Part shown: piece by piece, positions 48,311 through 59,341 of the stretch | Layout of the letters: each line of letters begins with the position of its first letter | Position numbering within the stretch: the first letter of the stretch is position 1 | NCBI GenBank assembly: GCA_903843285.1 | Contig: CAIMPC010000062.1 | Location: 8,895 to 72,894, forward strand | Origin: Candidatus Omnitrophota bacterium | GTDB taxonomy: Bacteria; Omnitrophota; Gorgyraeia; 2-01-FULL-45-10 | DNA: 64,000 nucleotides | Direction of reading: 5' to 3' | Program-made: the position numbers and the translations under genes | Notes under the pieces: generated by a model | Seen by the model: the letters and a program-made list of their open reading frames with translations, nothing else | The model's database searches: none | Told to the model about the DNA's origin: nothing

Positions 48311-48879
48311 TTTGACCTCACATCCAGAAAATTCTTCAATAACTTCTTACCCTCAAGCGTCAGTATCGATTCCGGATGAAACTGGACACCGTATATCGGA
48401 TAGGTCCTGTGCTTAAGACCCATTATCTCTTTCGTCTTTGTCTGGGCCGTAATCTCTAAGGATCTCGGAAACGTTTTTCTATCCACAATGAGCGAATGGT
48501 ACCTGGTGGCCTCAAATGGGTTCGGAATATTATTAAATATACCTTTGCCATCATGATAGATCATAGATACCTTGCCGTGCATCAGAGATTTCGCGTTTAT
48601 TATACGTCCTCCGAAGACTTCGCCTATGGCTTGGTGCCCGAGACAGACGCCCAGTATGGGCGTCTTTTGGCCGAATACTCTTATAACCTCTTCCGAGATA
48701 CCGGCATCCTTCGGTTTACCCGGCCCGGGAGATATAATTATCTTCGCGGGCTTCAGTTTTTTTATCTGATTAATATTAACCTTGTCGTTCCTGTATACTT
48801 CGAGTCGAGCGCCAAGCTCACCGAGGTATTGGACCAGGTTATACGTAAAAGAATCATAATTGTCGATAACCAATATCAT
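48307..48879 (-). CDS. trpG: anthranilate synthase component II
   Basis: IDNYDSFTYNL, SPGPG, GVCLGHQ, RYHSL, QFHPES. Confidence 0.95.
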   Translation of the reverse strand: MILVIDNYDSFTYNLVQYLGELGARLEVYRNDKVNINQIKKLKPAKIIISPGPGKPKDAGISEEVIRVFGQKTPILGVCLGHQAIGEVFGGRIINAKSLMHGKVSMIYHDGKGIFNNIPNPFEATRYHSLIVDRKTFPRSLEITAQTKTKEIMGLKHRTYPIYGVQFHPESILTLEGKKLLKNFLDVRSK

Positions 48880-48881
48880 CT

Positions 48882-50396
48882 CTACAGCCCCCGCTCTGCA
48901 ATCTCAATAGCTTTTACCAATGCCTTTGCCTTGTTCAACGTCTCCTGATATTCCTTTGCAGGCTTAGAGTCAGATACGATTCCAGCGCCCGCCTGAATAT
49001 ATGCGGTATTATTTTTAATAAGGATGGTCCTGATCGTTATACAGCAGTCGAGATTTCCCGAAAAACTAAAGTAACCGACGCTCCCGGCGTAGGTACTGCG
49101 TCTGAGGTTTTCAAGTTCATCAATGATCTCCATCGCCCTGACCTTAGGAGCTCCGGTAACTGTTCCGGCAGGAAAGGTGGCTTTTATCACATCAAATGCA
49201 TCATATCCCTTTTTCAATCTACCCGAAACATCCGTTACTATATGCATAACGTGCGAATATTTTTCCACTGTCATCATATCCGATATTTTAATGCTCTTAA
49301 AATCGCATACCCGTCCGATATCGTTTCGTCCAAGATCGACCAGCATTATATGCTCCGCTCTCTCTTTGGGATCGGCCAGCAGGCTTCTAATTAATTTGAT
49401 ATCCTCTTCCTCTGATGATCCCCTGGGCCGGGTTCCCGCTATAGGTCTAACCTCTACATTACCATCCTCACATCTCACCATTATCTCGGGTGAGGATCCC
49501 ACCAGGGAAAAGTCCTTAAACTTCAGATAGTACATATATGGCGAAGGATTGATAGAGCGAAGGGCCCTGTATATCTCGAACGGTTTGCTCTTCACGGGCG
49601 TCTCAAGCCTCTGAGATAATACAACCTGTATTATATCGCCGGCTTTAATATATTTCTTCGCCCTATTTACAACGTCTTTAAATTCCGCTTTTGTGAAATT
49701 GGACTTCAGGCGAATTGCCTTCTTACTATTATTCACGTGACCGGACTTGGCCGAACTGCCACATGCGGTGAGACTACCCACTATCGCATCTATCTTGCGT
49801 AAGGCTTCCTCGTAAGACTTCGCGGCCGAACCTTTAATGTGAGCGTTAGAAACAACCTTTATCTTATGGTCGACGTGATCAAATATCAATATCGTATCCG
49901 TAAGCATGAATACCGAATCAGGCACTTTGAGCGTATCACTATTTTTATCCGGGATCTCTTCCATGAAGCGGACCATATCGTAACCGAGATACCCCACAAA
50001 TCCGCCGGTAAACCTCGGAAGGCCTTTTATCTTTACAGCCGTGTATTGAGCCAATAATTTTTTAAGCTCTCCCAGGGGATCGTTCGATTCATAAACCTTC
50101 TTCTTATTCCCCTCTGTGATCTCTACGCTATTACCCTTACTGGAAAATACTATTGACGGTTTACTTCCGAGAAATGAATACCTTGCCAGCCTCTCACCGC
50201 CCTCGACCGATTCGAGCAAAAAAGAAAACTCTTCAGACGCGATCTTAGAGTAGGCGGATAGCGGCGTTTCAAAATCGGCAAGTATCTCCTTATAGACAGG
50301 GATGAGATTGCCGGATTTGGATAACTTTATAAATTCTTTTTTACCGGGATAATACACTCTATTTATGGAACTCCTATAATCTTTTATCGGCGACAT
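48882..50396 (-). CDS. trpE: anthranilate synthase component I
   Basis: LLES, NPSPYM, SPE, PIAGT, AEHIMLVDLGRND, GAPKVRAM, QAGAGIV. Confidence 0.97.
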   Translation of the reverse strand: MSPIKDYRSSINRVYYPGKKEFIKLSKSGNLIPVYKEILADFETPLSAYSKIASEEFSFLLESVEGGERLARYSFLGSKPSIVFSSKGNSVEITEGNKKKVYESNDPLGELKKLLAQYTAVKIKGLPRFTGGFVGYLGYDMVRFMEEIPDKNSDTLKVPDSVFMLTDTILIFDHVDHKIKVVSNAHIKGSAAKSYEEALRKIDAIVGSLTACGSSAKSGHVNNSKKAIRLKSNFTKAEFKDVVNRAKKYIKAGDIIQVVLSQRLETPVKSKPFEIYRALRSINPSPYMYYLKFKDFSLVGSSPEIMVRCEDGNVEVRPIAGTRPRGSSEEEDIKLIRSLLADPKERAEHIMLVDLGRNDIGRVCDFKSIKISDMMTVEKYSHVMHIVTDVSGRLKKGYDAFDVIKATFPAGTVTGAPKVRAMEIIDELENLRRSTYAGSVGYFSFSGNLDCCITIRTILIKNNTAYIQAGAGIVSDSKPAKEYQETLNKAKALVKAIEIAERGL

Positions 50397-50429
50397 CTGC
50401 CGAAACTTCCGAATACAGTCACCCGCAAT

Positions 50430-50831
50430 CTAAGTCGTGGGCCTCTGCGAAGGTGTATAAACCTCCCTTGGATCAAATACCCTTTTTCCGAGTATCTCAA
50501 TATCCCCGTCTTTATTAATACGGCGAAAATAACATGTGAAATAACCTTCGTGACAACCGGCTATCTTCTGGTCGACCTTAATAAGGATGGAGTTGCCTTC
50601 ACAATCTATACATATGCTCTTAACCGCCTGAACACAGCCGCTCGTTTGGCCCTTCTTCATAAGCATATTCTTCGATCGTCTGAAGACATAAACATATCCC
50701 TCGGTGATCGTCTTCTCGAGCGCATCATTATTCAGGTAGCACAACGTCAGCACCTCTTTGCTCTTTTCGTCCTGGATTATAGCCGGAATCAATCCTTTAT
50801 TATTAAACTTAAGATATGCAACGATCTTCAT
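50430..50831 (-). CDS. hisI: phosphoribosyl-AMP cyclohydrolase (divergent)
   Basis: [31 protein letters not shown]; follows hisF. Confidence 0.88.
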   Translation of the reverse strand: MKIVAYLKFNNKGLIPAIIQDEKSKEVLTLCYLNNDALEKTITEGYVYVFRRSKNMLMKKGQTSGCVQAVKSICIDCEGNSILIKVDQKIAGCHEGYFTCYFRRINKDGDIEILGKRVFDPREVYTPSQRPTT

Positions 50832-51598
50832 ATTCTCACCGAGACTCCCTTTTTATTTAGATATCTCTTCGCAGCGCCCACACTGTATGTTCTGAAATGA
50901 AATATCGATGCGGCCAATACCGCGTCCGCCTTGCCCTCGGTCAGCGCATCGTAGAGATGCTCCAGGTTTCCGGCCCCGCCCGATGCTATTACCGGAAGAC
51001 ATACTGTCTCACTGATTTTTCTGGTCAAGGCCGTATCATAACCTTCTTTAGTGCCATCGTAGTCCATGCTGGTCAGCAGTATCTCTCCGGCGCCCAGATC
51101 TTCCATCTTCTTTGCCCATTTTACGGCATCTATTCCTGTCGGTGTCCTGCCGCCGTTTATGAATACCTCCCAGACTTCTTTGGCCCTTGTCTTAACTTTG
51201 CATTTCGCATCTATCGCCACAACGATACATTGGCTTCCGAACCTCGAGGAGGCCTTCTTTACAAATTGCGGATCTTTAACGGCCGCCGTGTTTATGGAAA
51301 CTTTATCACACCCGGCTATGAGAAGATTCCGTATATCGTCTATCGTCCGTATGCCGCCGCCTACGGTAAAAGGCAGAAATATAGTATCGGCAACCTTCCT
51401 TACAAGCTCCAGAGTCGTTTTACGCTTCTCATGGCTTGCGGTTATGTCGAGAAATACGAGTTCATCGGCGCCTTCTTTATCATAAAATATGGCGTTCTCC
51501 ACAGGATCACCGGCATCCTTTAGATTTACAAAATTTACGCCCTTCACCACCCTGCCATCTTTAATATCGAGGCAGGGTATTATCCTTTTTGTGAGCAT
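50828..51598 (-). CDS. hisF: imidazole glycerol phosphate synthase cyclase subunit
   Basis: [37 protein letters not shown]. Confidence 0.97.
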   Translation of the reverse strand: MLTKRIIPCLDIKDGRVVKGVNFVNLKDAGDPVENAIFYDKEGADELVFLDITASHEKRKTTLELVRKVADTIFLPFTVGGGIRTIDDIRNLLIAGCDKVSINTAAVKDPQFVKKASSRFGSQCIVVAIDAKCKVKTRAKEVWEVFINGGRTPTGIDAVKWAKKMEDLGAGEILLTSMDYDGTKEGYDTALTRKISETVCLPVIASGGAGNLEHLYDALTEGKADAVLAASIFHFRTYSVGAAKRYLNKKGVSVRI

Positions 51599-52308
51599 AT
51601 CCTTATCGCCTCGGCCAGATCTACCTTACCTTCGTAAAGCGCCTTACCGATTATTATGCCTTTTAGTCCGTCGCTCTCTAGCGACTTTAAATTTATTATA
51701 TCTTCAATACCGGAAACACCGCCTGCGGCCACCACATCAAGTTTCGTCGAGCGCATCAGATCTCTCAGTAGATCAATATTAGGTCCGCCCAGCATGCCGT
51801 CCTTCGAAATATCAGTATAATTTATCGTCCTCACACCAGCCTCACCCACCCTCTTTGCTAGCTCTATAGCCGTGATCTCAGTCTTAAAAACCCATCCCTT
51901 CGTGCATACCATTCCTTCTTTAGCATCGATACCCACGACGATATTATTTTTGTAGCTCTTAACCACTGAATCTAAAAATTTCTGATCGAGCGCCCTTGTG
52001 CCTATCACTACCTTTTCCACTCCGACGCCCAGGACTTTTCTGATCGTCTCCTCGTCTCTTATGCCGCCACCCAGCTCTATCTTTACCTTCACACTCTTGG
52101 CGATACTGCCCACTATATCTAAATTACGAGATGACCCCTCGAGGGCACCGTCCAGATCGACTATATGGATCATCTCCGCCCCGAGAGACTCCCATCTCTT
52201 TGCCACATCCAAAGGCGAATCCAGATAGGTAGTCTGCCTGGAATATTCTCCCTGGCTTAGCCTTACAACCTTTCCGAGCCTTATATCTATAGCCGGTATC
52301 GCTATCAT
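51580..52308 (-). CDS. hisA: ProFAR isomerase
   Basis: IPAIDI...[33 protein letters not shown]. Confidence 0.96.
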   Translation of the reverse strand: MIAIPAIDIRLGKVVRLSQGEYSRQTTYLDSPLDVAKRWESLGAEMIHIVDLDGALEGSSRNLDIVGSIAKSVKVKIELGGGIRDEETIRKVLGVGVEKVVIGTRALDQKFLDSVVKSYKNNIVVGIDAKEGMVCTKGWVFKTEITAIELAKRVGEAGVRTINYTDISKDGMLGGPNIDLLRDLMRSTKLDVVAAGGVSGIEDIINLKSLESDGLKGIIIGKALYEGKVDLAEAIRICSQKG

Positions 52309-52353
52309 TTTAATTTGCCTTATCCCGCCGAAGACTCTATCAGCATATGCACA

Positions 52354-52980
52354 TTAGCGAAGTCGGATAAAGTTCGACAGGATATTTAAACCGAGATCCT
52401 GACTCTTCTCCGGATGAAATTGAAATCCGTAGACGTTATCCTTATGCACTCCCGAAACAAACTTTATACCATAATCTGTCATAGTAAGAGTTACCTTTTT
52501 ATCCTTTGGCACCACATAATACGAATGAACGAAGTAAACATACGAGCCATCAGAAATGTTTTTTAATATGTTCGGGCCTCCTGCAGATGCACTCGACGCC
52601 TTATTAATTACATTCCATCCCATGTGAGGAACTTTAAGCCCGCCCTTGCCAAACTTAAACCTTTTGACATTACCACCCAATACGGATAAACCCTTTACTC
52701 CGGGGGCTTCTTCACTGGCATCAAACAGTAACTGCATGCCCAGGCACAGTCCGAGGAATGTCTTGCCCTCGTTTATTGCATCCTTTATCGGCGCCACAAG
52801 CCTTAATCGTTTCAGCTCATTCATAGCATCGCCAAACGCGCCAACCCCGGGCAACACAAGCTTATCACATTTAGCGATATCGGAAGGTTTCGAAGTTATC
52901 CTTACCCTGCCCCCGACCTTCTTAAGAGCTTTCTCAACGCTCCTTAGATTGCCCATTCCATAATCTATTACGGCTATCAT
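52354..52980 (-). CDS. hisH: imidazole glycerol phosphate synthase glutaminase subunit
   Basis: DYGMGNL, LPGVG, GLCLGMQ, PHMGWN, YFVHSY, QFHPEKS. Confidence 0.97.
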   Translation of the reverse strand: MIAVIDYGMGNLRSVEKALKKVGGRVRITSKPSDIAKCDKLVLPGVGAFGDAMNELKRLRLVAPIKDAINEGKTFLGLCLGMQLLFDASEEAPGVKGLSVLGGNVKRFKFGKGGLKVPHMGWNVINKASSASAGGPNILKNISDGSYVYFVHSYYVVPKDKKVTLTMTDYGIKFVSGVHKDNVYGFQFHPEKSQDLGLNILSNFIRLR

Positions 52981-52989
52981 CCGGTAACC

Positions 52990-53598
52990 TCAGTCTATCG
53001 TTCCCTTTGTAGAAGGAACGCCTTTTCTACGGACATCCACCTGAGTAGCTTCATCCAGCGCCATACCCAGGGCTTTAAATATCGCTTCCAGGACGTGATG
53101 CGTATCCTCTCCGGAATAGACATCGACATGCATATTGATAGCGGCATTCTTCGCGAAAGTATCCAGAAAATCCTTGCCGTCATCTATAGAATAATTCTCC
53201 GATGAAGGTAAGGTGTCACCGTACTTCGGGATCCTCCAGGCAAACGCATATCGACCCCCAACATCCACCATGACCTTCGCCGCAGCCAGATCCATCGGCA
53301 CTTCTTTCGAACCGTATCTTTTAATACCGCGGCAGTCGCCAAGCGCCTGTTTAAATGCCTTACCCAGGCATATCGCGGCATCTTCATTGGTGTGATGTAT
53401 GTCGACCTTGAGATCACCCTTCACTTTCAATACGAGATCAAATAGCCCATGAAAGGTAAATAGTGTCAGCATATGGTCGAGAAAACCTATACCGGTATCT
53501 ATATCTACTTTGCCGCTACCGTCAATATTGAGCTTGCCCGTTATGTCGGTCTCTGTGGTCTTGCGCTTAATTACGTTTAAACGAATCTTCTTTGCCAT
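52990..53598 (-). CDS. hisB: imidazoleglycerol-phosphate dehydratase
   Basis: TGIGFLDHML, DIHHTNED, HHVLEAIFKA, PSTKG. Confidence 0.95.
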   Translation of the reverse strand: MAKKIRLNVIKRKTTETDITGKLNIDGSGKVDIDTGIGFLDHMLTLFTFHGLFDLVLKVKGDLKVDIHHTNEDAAICLGKAFKQALGDCRGIKRYGSKEVPMDLAAAKVMVDVGGRYAFAWRIPKYGDTLPSSENYSIDDGKDFLDTFAKNAAINMHVDVYSGEDTHHVLEAIFKALGMALDEATQVDVRRKGVPSTKGTID

Positions 53599-53610
53599 AC
53601 ATCGCCCTTT

Positions 53611-54831
53611 CTATTCGAACCTTGCTCTAACAGAAGCAAGATGTTTATTCAGCATCTCTATTCCGGCAACTTTTTCAAGGGGTTCACGAATCTTCTCGAG
53701 CGCCTTCTTCGTAAATGAAAGTATGTGCGAGCTCTTATAAAAATCTGAGACCCCCAAGCCTGAAAAAAAACGCGCACTACCGCCCGTAGGCAGGACATGG
53801 CTGGGGCCGGCGACGTAATCACCCACTGCCACCGGCGTGTAAGGGCCCAGAAATATTGCACCCGCATGCACTATTTTCTTAGAGATCTTTTTCGGATTAT
53901 TCGTCAATATTTGCAAATGCTCGGCCGCCAATAAATTCGCAACATTAGCCGCCTCATCCATATTCTTCACTCCGATTATATAACCGTTAATATTCTGATG
54001 CTTAAATATCTTTACCAGTCTCTTAGAGTTAGTAACCAATATAGAAATGCCCATGTGATGTTCGGCCTGAGCTTCCAGGTCGGCCATTATGAACTTAACA
54101 TCCGACATCTGATTAGCAATTATCACGACCTCTGTGGGTCCGGCCAGCATATCAATACCGCAATAACCGAAGACCTGACGCTTCGCCTCTGTGACATAGG
54201 CATTTCCCGGACCAACTATCTTATCTACCTTCGGTATGATCTTAGTGCCGAATGCCAGAGCGGCTATAGCCTGCGCGCCGCCGACTTTGTATATGGCGTC
54301 AACCTTAAGAAGGTCGGCCACTACCAGGATGTGCGGATCGACAGAACCATGTTTGTTAGGCGGTGTGACCAACACTATCTTTTTTACTCCCGCCATCTTA
54401 GCAGGAATCACCGTCATATATACGCTCGATACCAGAGGCACTGTACCGCTCGGCACATACACCCCCACCTTCTCAATCGGCACTATATTCTCTCCTAATA
54501 ATACACCGTCAGCGTCCTTTATCTTCCATGACTTCTTAAGCTGTTTCTTATAGAACTTATTGATATTCTCCATTACTATCTTCAGCGTAGAGACAAACTC
54601 CGGCTCGATATTCTGATATGCGCCCGACATCTCGCATTCGGAAACCTTCAGATTTTTCAAGTTAAGTTTCACACTATCAAACTTCTTTGTGTATTTCAAA
54701 ACAGCATCATCGCCATTAAGTTTAACATTTTCCACTATTTTGCTTACACTATCCGCCACCCGCCTATTACGCGTAAAACCCCTGTCGCATAGTTTCCGGA
54801 ACTGCTGACTGCCCACTCTCACAACTTTCAT
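53611..54831 (-). CDS. hisD: histidinol dehydrogenase
   Basis: GVYVP, GGAQAIAALAFGT, GPGNAYV, DMLAGPTE, QAEH, AEHL, GPSHVLPT. Confidence 0.96.
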   Translation of the reverse strand: MKVVRVGSQQFRKLCDRGFTRNRRVADSVSKIVENVKLNGDDAVLKYTKKFDSVKLNLKNLKVSECEMSGAYQNIEPEFVSTLKIVMENINKFYKKQLKKSWKIKDADGVLLGENIVPIEKVGVYVPSGTVPLVSSVYMTVIPAKMAGVKKIVLVTPPNKHGSVDPHILVVADLLKVDAIYKVGGAQAIAALAFGTKIIPKVDKIVGPGNAYVTEAKRQVFGYCGIDMLAGPTEVVIIANQMSDVKFIMADLEAQAEHHMGISILVTNSKRLVKIFKHQNINGYIIGVKNMDEAANVANLLAAEHLQILTNNPKKISKKIVHAGAIFLGPYTPVAVGDYVAGPSHVLPTGGSARFFSGLGVSDFYKSSHILSFTKKALEKIREPLEKVAGIEMLNKHLASVRARFE

Positions 54832-57377
54832 TTAAGCGTCTCCTTAACTGATCCGATGGCCTTATCCAATGCGGCTTTCAGCTTCTCATCCGACCTTCCG
54901 CCGCCCTGCGCAAAATTATTCTTGCCGCCGCCCGAACCCTCTATGGCTTTAGAGATATCTTTGGCTATGCTATTCGCGCTTATGCCTCTCTTCACGAGGT
55001 CTTCCGTAACCGATGCGACAAACGACACCTTATCTCCAAACTTCGTATGCAGTATGACGATCGATGATGTCGCCTTAGCCCGAATATTATCCGCAAGCAG
55101 CCTCAAAGTTTCTATCATTATATCATTTATATTTTCAACTACTATCTTAGAGCTGCCGAAAGTTTCGGCTCGAGATAAAAATAAGCCTACCTTAGATGTC
55201 TCTTCTTCCAACCTTTTTTGGGCTATTTTCTTCAACAAATCCTTATCGGCTTCCAGTTTTAGCTTCGCCGCATTGGCTGCATCTCGATCCTTCATCCATT
55301 TCAATGCCGCTTCCCCCGTCACCGCCTCTATGCGACGCACACCTGAGGCCGTGGAGCTCTCGCCGGTTATCCTGAATATGCCGATATCCCTTGTATTATC
55401 CACATGAATCCCACCGCACAGTTCTTTAGAGATATCGCCTAAAGAGATCACCCTTACAGTTTTGTCGTACTTCTCGCCGAAGAGCGCGGTTGCTCCGGAC
55501 CCCTTAGCCTCCTCGATATCCATTACATCTTTTTTTACCGGCAAAGAACTCTTTATATTCTCGTTAACCAAATCTTCTACTCTTACGAGCTCCCTGTTTT
55601 CCATCTTCTTCATGTGTGTAAAATCAAATCTCAGATGTTCGCCGTCGACCAGAGATCCGGTCTGGCGCACGTGATCGCCCAGGACCTTACGAAGCGCCGA
55701 GTGCAATAGATGCGTCGCGGTATGATTCGACATGATCTTACGCCTTAAGGTCTCATCGATTGACGCTCGTGCTCTATCTCCGGTCTTAATAGAGCCTCTT
55801 ACGATCCTGCCTATATGCACGATCGATTGGCCGATCTTTTTCGCATCCGTCACTTCCATCGCGCCGGATTGAGTATCGATTTTTCCCCGATCGCCGACCT
55901 GTCCGCCGGATTCGCCGTAAAACGGCGTCTTATCTAATATGACTTCGCCGTCTCCGAGAACTGCCACTACTTCAGCTTCCGCGACCGACTTTTCGTAGCC
56001 GAGAAATTCGGTCTTAAGCCCGAGGGCCTCAACCTTCTTTGCAAACGTCTCGGTAAATATTTCACCTTTTATCTTTGATTTGGAACGGGACAAGTCTCTC
56101 TGCTTATCCAAAAGCTTATCGAATATACCCCTGTCTATCTTAAGTCCGCGCTTTTCCGCGATCTCTTCCAGCATCTCATAAGGCATGCCATACGTATCGT
56201 AAAAACTAAACGCTTCATGCGCCAGTCGGGACGAATCGTTAGAACCTTTCATACTCTCGAATGCCGCCTCAACCTTAGGCAGTTGGTTCCCGATCACGTA
56301 TAGAAAAGCCTCTTCCTCTGTCTTCACGATCTGGGCGATGTCATCGCGGCGCGTCTTCAGATCCGGATAAGCGGCATGCATCACATCGGCCACTGTGGAA
56401 ACCAATTTGTATAGAAACGGTTCCTTAATTCCGATATCCTGGCCGTGGGACATAGAGCGCCTGATTAATTTGCGCACAACGTAGCCGCGTTCCTCATTCG
56501 ATGGCATAACGCCATCGGCTATACAGAATGTGACAGCGCGGATATGGTCAGCAATGGCTTTAACCTTGCTCCCTGAGACATCCGGCTTATTACCGCTATA
56601 CGATTGGATCGTTTCCATAAGCGGCTTAAATATATCAATCTCAAAGTTCGTCTTCACGCCTTGCATTATCGATGCTATTCTCTCCAGTCCCATCCCTGTA
56701 TCAATATTCTTATTTGTAAGATTCTTTAGGCTACCGTCCTCTTGCCTATCAAACTGAGTGAATACCAGGTTCCAGACTTCGATAAATCTACCGCAATCAC
56801 ATGCCGGACCGCAATCAGGCTCACCGCATCCCGTGTCAGCGCCATGATCGTAAAATATCTCTGAACACGTCCCACAAGGACCGTTAGGCCCCTTAGATGG
56901 CGCTTCGGACGGCCAAAAATTATCCTTCTCGCCCAGCTTTACGATCCTGGAGGGAGATATCTTTATATCATCCTTCCATACTTTGTAAGCCTCTTCATCG
57001 TCTTTGTATACCGAAACCCACAGCCTGTCCTCCGGTATATTCAGTATCTTAGTGAAAAATTCCCAGGCCCATGCTATAGCTTCATTTTTAAAATAATCCC
57101 CAAATGAAAAGTTGCCCAACATTTCAAAGAATGTGTGATGAGCACTCGTCTTGCCGACGTTATTCAGATCTCCTGTCCTGAGACACTTCTGCGAAGAGGT
57201 GGCGCGTTTATAGGTGATATTACGCCCTAGGAACTTCTCCTTAAATTGATTCATGCCGGCGCCTGTAAATAGCAGCGTCGGATCATCCTTAGGCACGAGA
57301 GAATCGCTCGGGACTATTTCATGGGCCTTTGTCTTGAAGAAATCAAGGTATAATCTTCTTATCTCATCCGTTTTCAT
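54828..57377 (-). CDS. alaS: alanine--tRNA ligase
   Basis: DPTLLFTGAGM, HHTFFEMLGNFSFGDYFK, DTGMGLER, editing motifs NHTATH and ELCGGIH, GGGK. Confidence 0.98.
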   Translation of the reverse strand: MKTDEIRRLYLDFFKTKAHEIVPSDSLVPKDDPTLLFTGAGMNQFKEKFLGRNITYKRATSSQKCLRTGDLNNVGKTSAHHTFFEMLGNFSFGDYFKNEAIAWAWEFFTKILNIPEDRLWVSVYKDDEEAYKVWKDDIKISPSRIVKLGEKDNFWPSEAPSKGPNGPCGTCSEIFYDHGADTGCGEPDCGPACDCGRFIEVWNLVFTQFDRQEDGSLKNLTNKNIDTGMGLERIASIMQGVKTNFEIDIFKPLMETIQSYSGNKPDVSGSKVKAIADHIRAVTFCIADGVMPSNEERGYVVRKLIRRSMSHGQDIGIKEPFLYKLVSTVADVMHAAYPDLKTRRDDIAQIVKTEEEAFLYVIGNQLPKVEAAFESMKGSNDSSRLAHEAFSFYDTYGMPYEMLEEIAEKRGLKIDRGIFDKLLDKQRDLSRSKSKIKGEIFTETFAKKVEALGLKTEFLGYEKSVAEAEVVAVLGDGEVILDKTPFYGESGGQVGDRGKIDTQSGAMEVTDAKKIGQSIVHIGRIVRGSIKTGDRARASIDETLRRKIMSNHTATHLLHSALRKVLGDHVRQTGSLVDGEHLRFDFTHMKKMENRELVRVEDLVNENIKSSLPVKKDVMDIEEAKGSGATALFGEKYDKTVRVISLGDISKELCGGIHVDNTRDIGIFRITGESSTASGVRRIEAVTGEAALKWMKDRDAANAAKLKLEADKDLLKKIAQKRLEEETSKVGLFLSRAETFGSSKIVVENINDIMIETLRLLADNIRAKATSSIVILHTKFGDKVSFVASVTEDLVKRGISANSIAKDISKAIEGSGGGKNNFAQGGGRSDEKLKAALDKAIGSVKETLK

Positions 57378-57843
57378 CTATCAGTACACCTATTACTCTG
57401 TTAATAATGTCGTAATCGAACTCGCGCCTGGCGAGGTAGTCATACAGGCGCTTGGATGCTTTTCTTCTGTCGAGCTTAACCAGGCGCTTAAAACGCTCTC
57501 TCGTAATATTGAGAGCCACCTCATACTCATCGTAGTTTTTAGCCGCATCTTCGAGCGCCTGATCAATATCTGAATCGTCCACACCTTTAAACTTAAGCTC
57601 GCGCCTTAAGGCTGACTTGCCCATAGGATTCACATGCATTCGCGACTCGACCCAAAAACCGGCGAACTTACGATCATCTATCTCGCCAATCTTTTTAAGC
57701 GCCACGACAACGGAATCTATAATGGTCTCATCATAACGTTTAAGCTTAAGCCTGCCGCGCAACTCAGCCTCAGACCTCGGCCTTGAGCGCAGTAGGCAAT
57801 AAGCGTTATTCGTTGCAGCTCGTAGCTTCTTATTCTCTTCCAA
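57364..57843 (-). CDS. recX: regulatory protein RecX
   Basis: LLRSRPRSEAEL, IDDRKFA, ELKFKGV, YLARREF; follows recA. Confidence 0.9.
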   Translation of the reverse strand: MEENKKLRAATNNAYCLLRSRPRSEAELRGRLKLKRYDETIIDSVVVALKKIGEIDDRKFAGFWVESRMHVNPMGKSALRRELKFKGVDDSDIDQALEDAAKNYDEYEVALNITRERFKRLVKLDRRKASKRLYDYLARREFDYDIINRVIGVLIDENG

Positions 57844-57845
57844 TG

Positions 57846-58898
57846 TTATTTAATAGACTTCTCTATTATCTCTTTTTCGATCTTGGCTAAGATCGTCGGA
57901 TTCGCCCTAAGATAGGTCCTGGCGTTCTCCTTACCCTGGCCGAGCTTCTCCTCGCCGTAAATCAGCCATGTCCCGCTCTTCTTCAGAACACCTGTAGCCT
58001 CACCCATATCTAACACACTGCCCGACTTAGAGATCCCCTCGTCGAACATGATGTCGAACTCCGCTTTTCTGAACGGCGGAGCTACTTTATTCTTAGCAAT
58101 AGATGCCCTGACTCTGTTACCCACAGCCTCTTCGCCTTTTTTAAGTGATGCTATTCTGCGCAGATCTATTCTGACCGATGAATAGAATTTGAGCGCCCTG
58201 CCTCCCGGCGTCGTTTCAGGATTTCCGAACATCACGCCTATCTTCTCGCGTATCTGGTTGATAAATATCACGCACGTCTTGGACTTCGAGATAGATCCCG
58301 ATAACTTCCTAAGAGCATGACTCATCAGACGCGCCTGTAATCCCATGTGCGACTGCCCCATCTCACCATCGATCTCAGCCTTCGGAACGAGTGCCGCTAC
58401 AGAGTCAATAACTACCACGTCTAATGCATTAGATTTTACCAGTGTCTCCGCTATATCCAACCCCTGTTCTCCGGTATCCGGTTGAGACATAAGCAGGTTG
58501 TCGAGATTAACTCCCAACATCTTCGCATAAGAAGGATCGAAGGCGTGCTCGGCGTCAATAAAAGCGGCCGTCCCGCCCATTCGCTGCGCATTAGCTATAA
58601 TGCTGAGGGTTAGCGTCGTCTTTCCGCTCGATTCGGGGCCAAATATCTCTATAACCCTCCCTCGCGGCACTCCGCCTACGCCGAGCGCTATATCGAGCGT
58701 CACCGATCCGGTAGGAATCGACGGCACATCCAACTTAAAGTCCTGGCCGAGCTTCATTATAGAACCCTTGCCGAATTGCTTTTCGATGTGCTCTAATGCC
58801 ATCTCGAGCGCTTTGGCTTTATTGGCCTGCACACTATCTTTAACCTCTTTAGGCTGCTCGTGAGCGTCCTCTTTTTCCTTCGATTTTGATTTTACCAT
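57846..58898 (-). CDS. recA: recombinase A
   Basis: [46 protein letters not shown]. Confidence 0.99.
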   Translation of the reverse strand: MVKSKSKEKEDAHEQPKEVKDSVQANKAKALEMALEHIEKQFGKGSIMKLGQDFKLDVPSIPTGSVTLDIALGVGGVPRGRVIEIFGPESSGKTTLTLSIIANAQRMGGTAAFIDAEHAFDPSYAKMLGVNLDNLLMSQPDTGEQGLDIAETLVKSNALDVVVIDSVAALVPKAEIDGEMGQSHMGLQARLMSHALRKLSGSISKSKTCVIFINQIREKIGVMFGNPETTPGGRALKFYSSVRIDLRRIASLKKGEEAVGNRVRASIAKNKVAPPFRKAEFDIMFDEGISKSGSVLDMGEATGVLKKSGTWLIYGEEKLGQGKENARTYLRANPTILAKIEKEIIEKSIK

Positions 58899-58959
58899 TT
58901 CACTCTCCTTGGATTATTACGCTGGTTACTTCTCGTATCAACATTACATATAGTGGGTT

Positions 58960-58988
58960 ATTATACAGGCATTACCTCCTTTCTGCAA
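58960..58988 (-). promoter_or_regulatory. sigma70-like promoter of recA
   Basis: TTGCAG-17nt-TATAAT about 60 nt upstream of the recA start. Confidence 0.65.
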
Positions 58989-59072
58989 GAAAATCGCACT
59001 AAAATAATGGGAATGGGAAGATACATCGTACCCCCTTCCATATGTGTTAATCGTCCTTATTTATTACCCCCT

Positions 59073-59193
59073 ACTATAAAGACGCTAAAAGGGGTGAAAT
59101 TGTTGCAAAGTATTTTAAAATAGTTTGATTGGGGACAGGTTTAATCTTAAAAAAGGGGACACCGTGAAGGTTGGTTTTGCCAAACGGTACAAG
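59073..59193. repeat. 121-bp direct repeat, left copy (contains GGGACAS repeat copy B and an ECF-like promoter)
   Basis: Matches 61669-61789 with about 7 mismatches by manual alignment. Confidence 0.92.
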
Positions 59194-59196
59194 GGC

Positions 59197-59334
59197 TCAA
59201 AGATGGTTGGGGGATATTCTAGTTACTTTACCGTTTTGCCACACAGAAAGAGGACGGCCTGTTTCCTTATGCCGCTCGACCACCTGTCGCACAGCCTTTT
59301 TCAGAGCCGCTTCTGCTTTATCTTGTAAGGACAT
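59197..59334 (-). CDS. small protein typical of partners encoded after zeta-toxin-like ATPases (45 aa)
   Basis: Manual translation MSLQDKAEAALKKAVRQVVERHKETGRPLSVWQNGKVTRISPNHL; too short for the ORF track. Confidence 0.6.
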   Translation of the reverse strand: MSLQDKAEAALKKAVRQVVERHKETGRPLSVWQNGKVTRISPNHL

Positions 59335-59341
59335 TCTTTTT

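Noticed and set aside
58961-59026. 21-aa ORF MYLPIPIILVRFSCRKEVMPV with an RBS-like sequence upstream of recA
   Set aside because: Too short, overlaps the recA promoter and has no supporting homology; possibly a gene remnant
58899-59070. LexA/SOS box upstream of recA
   Set aside because: No palindrome matching the LexA motifs I know was found
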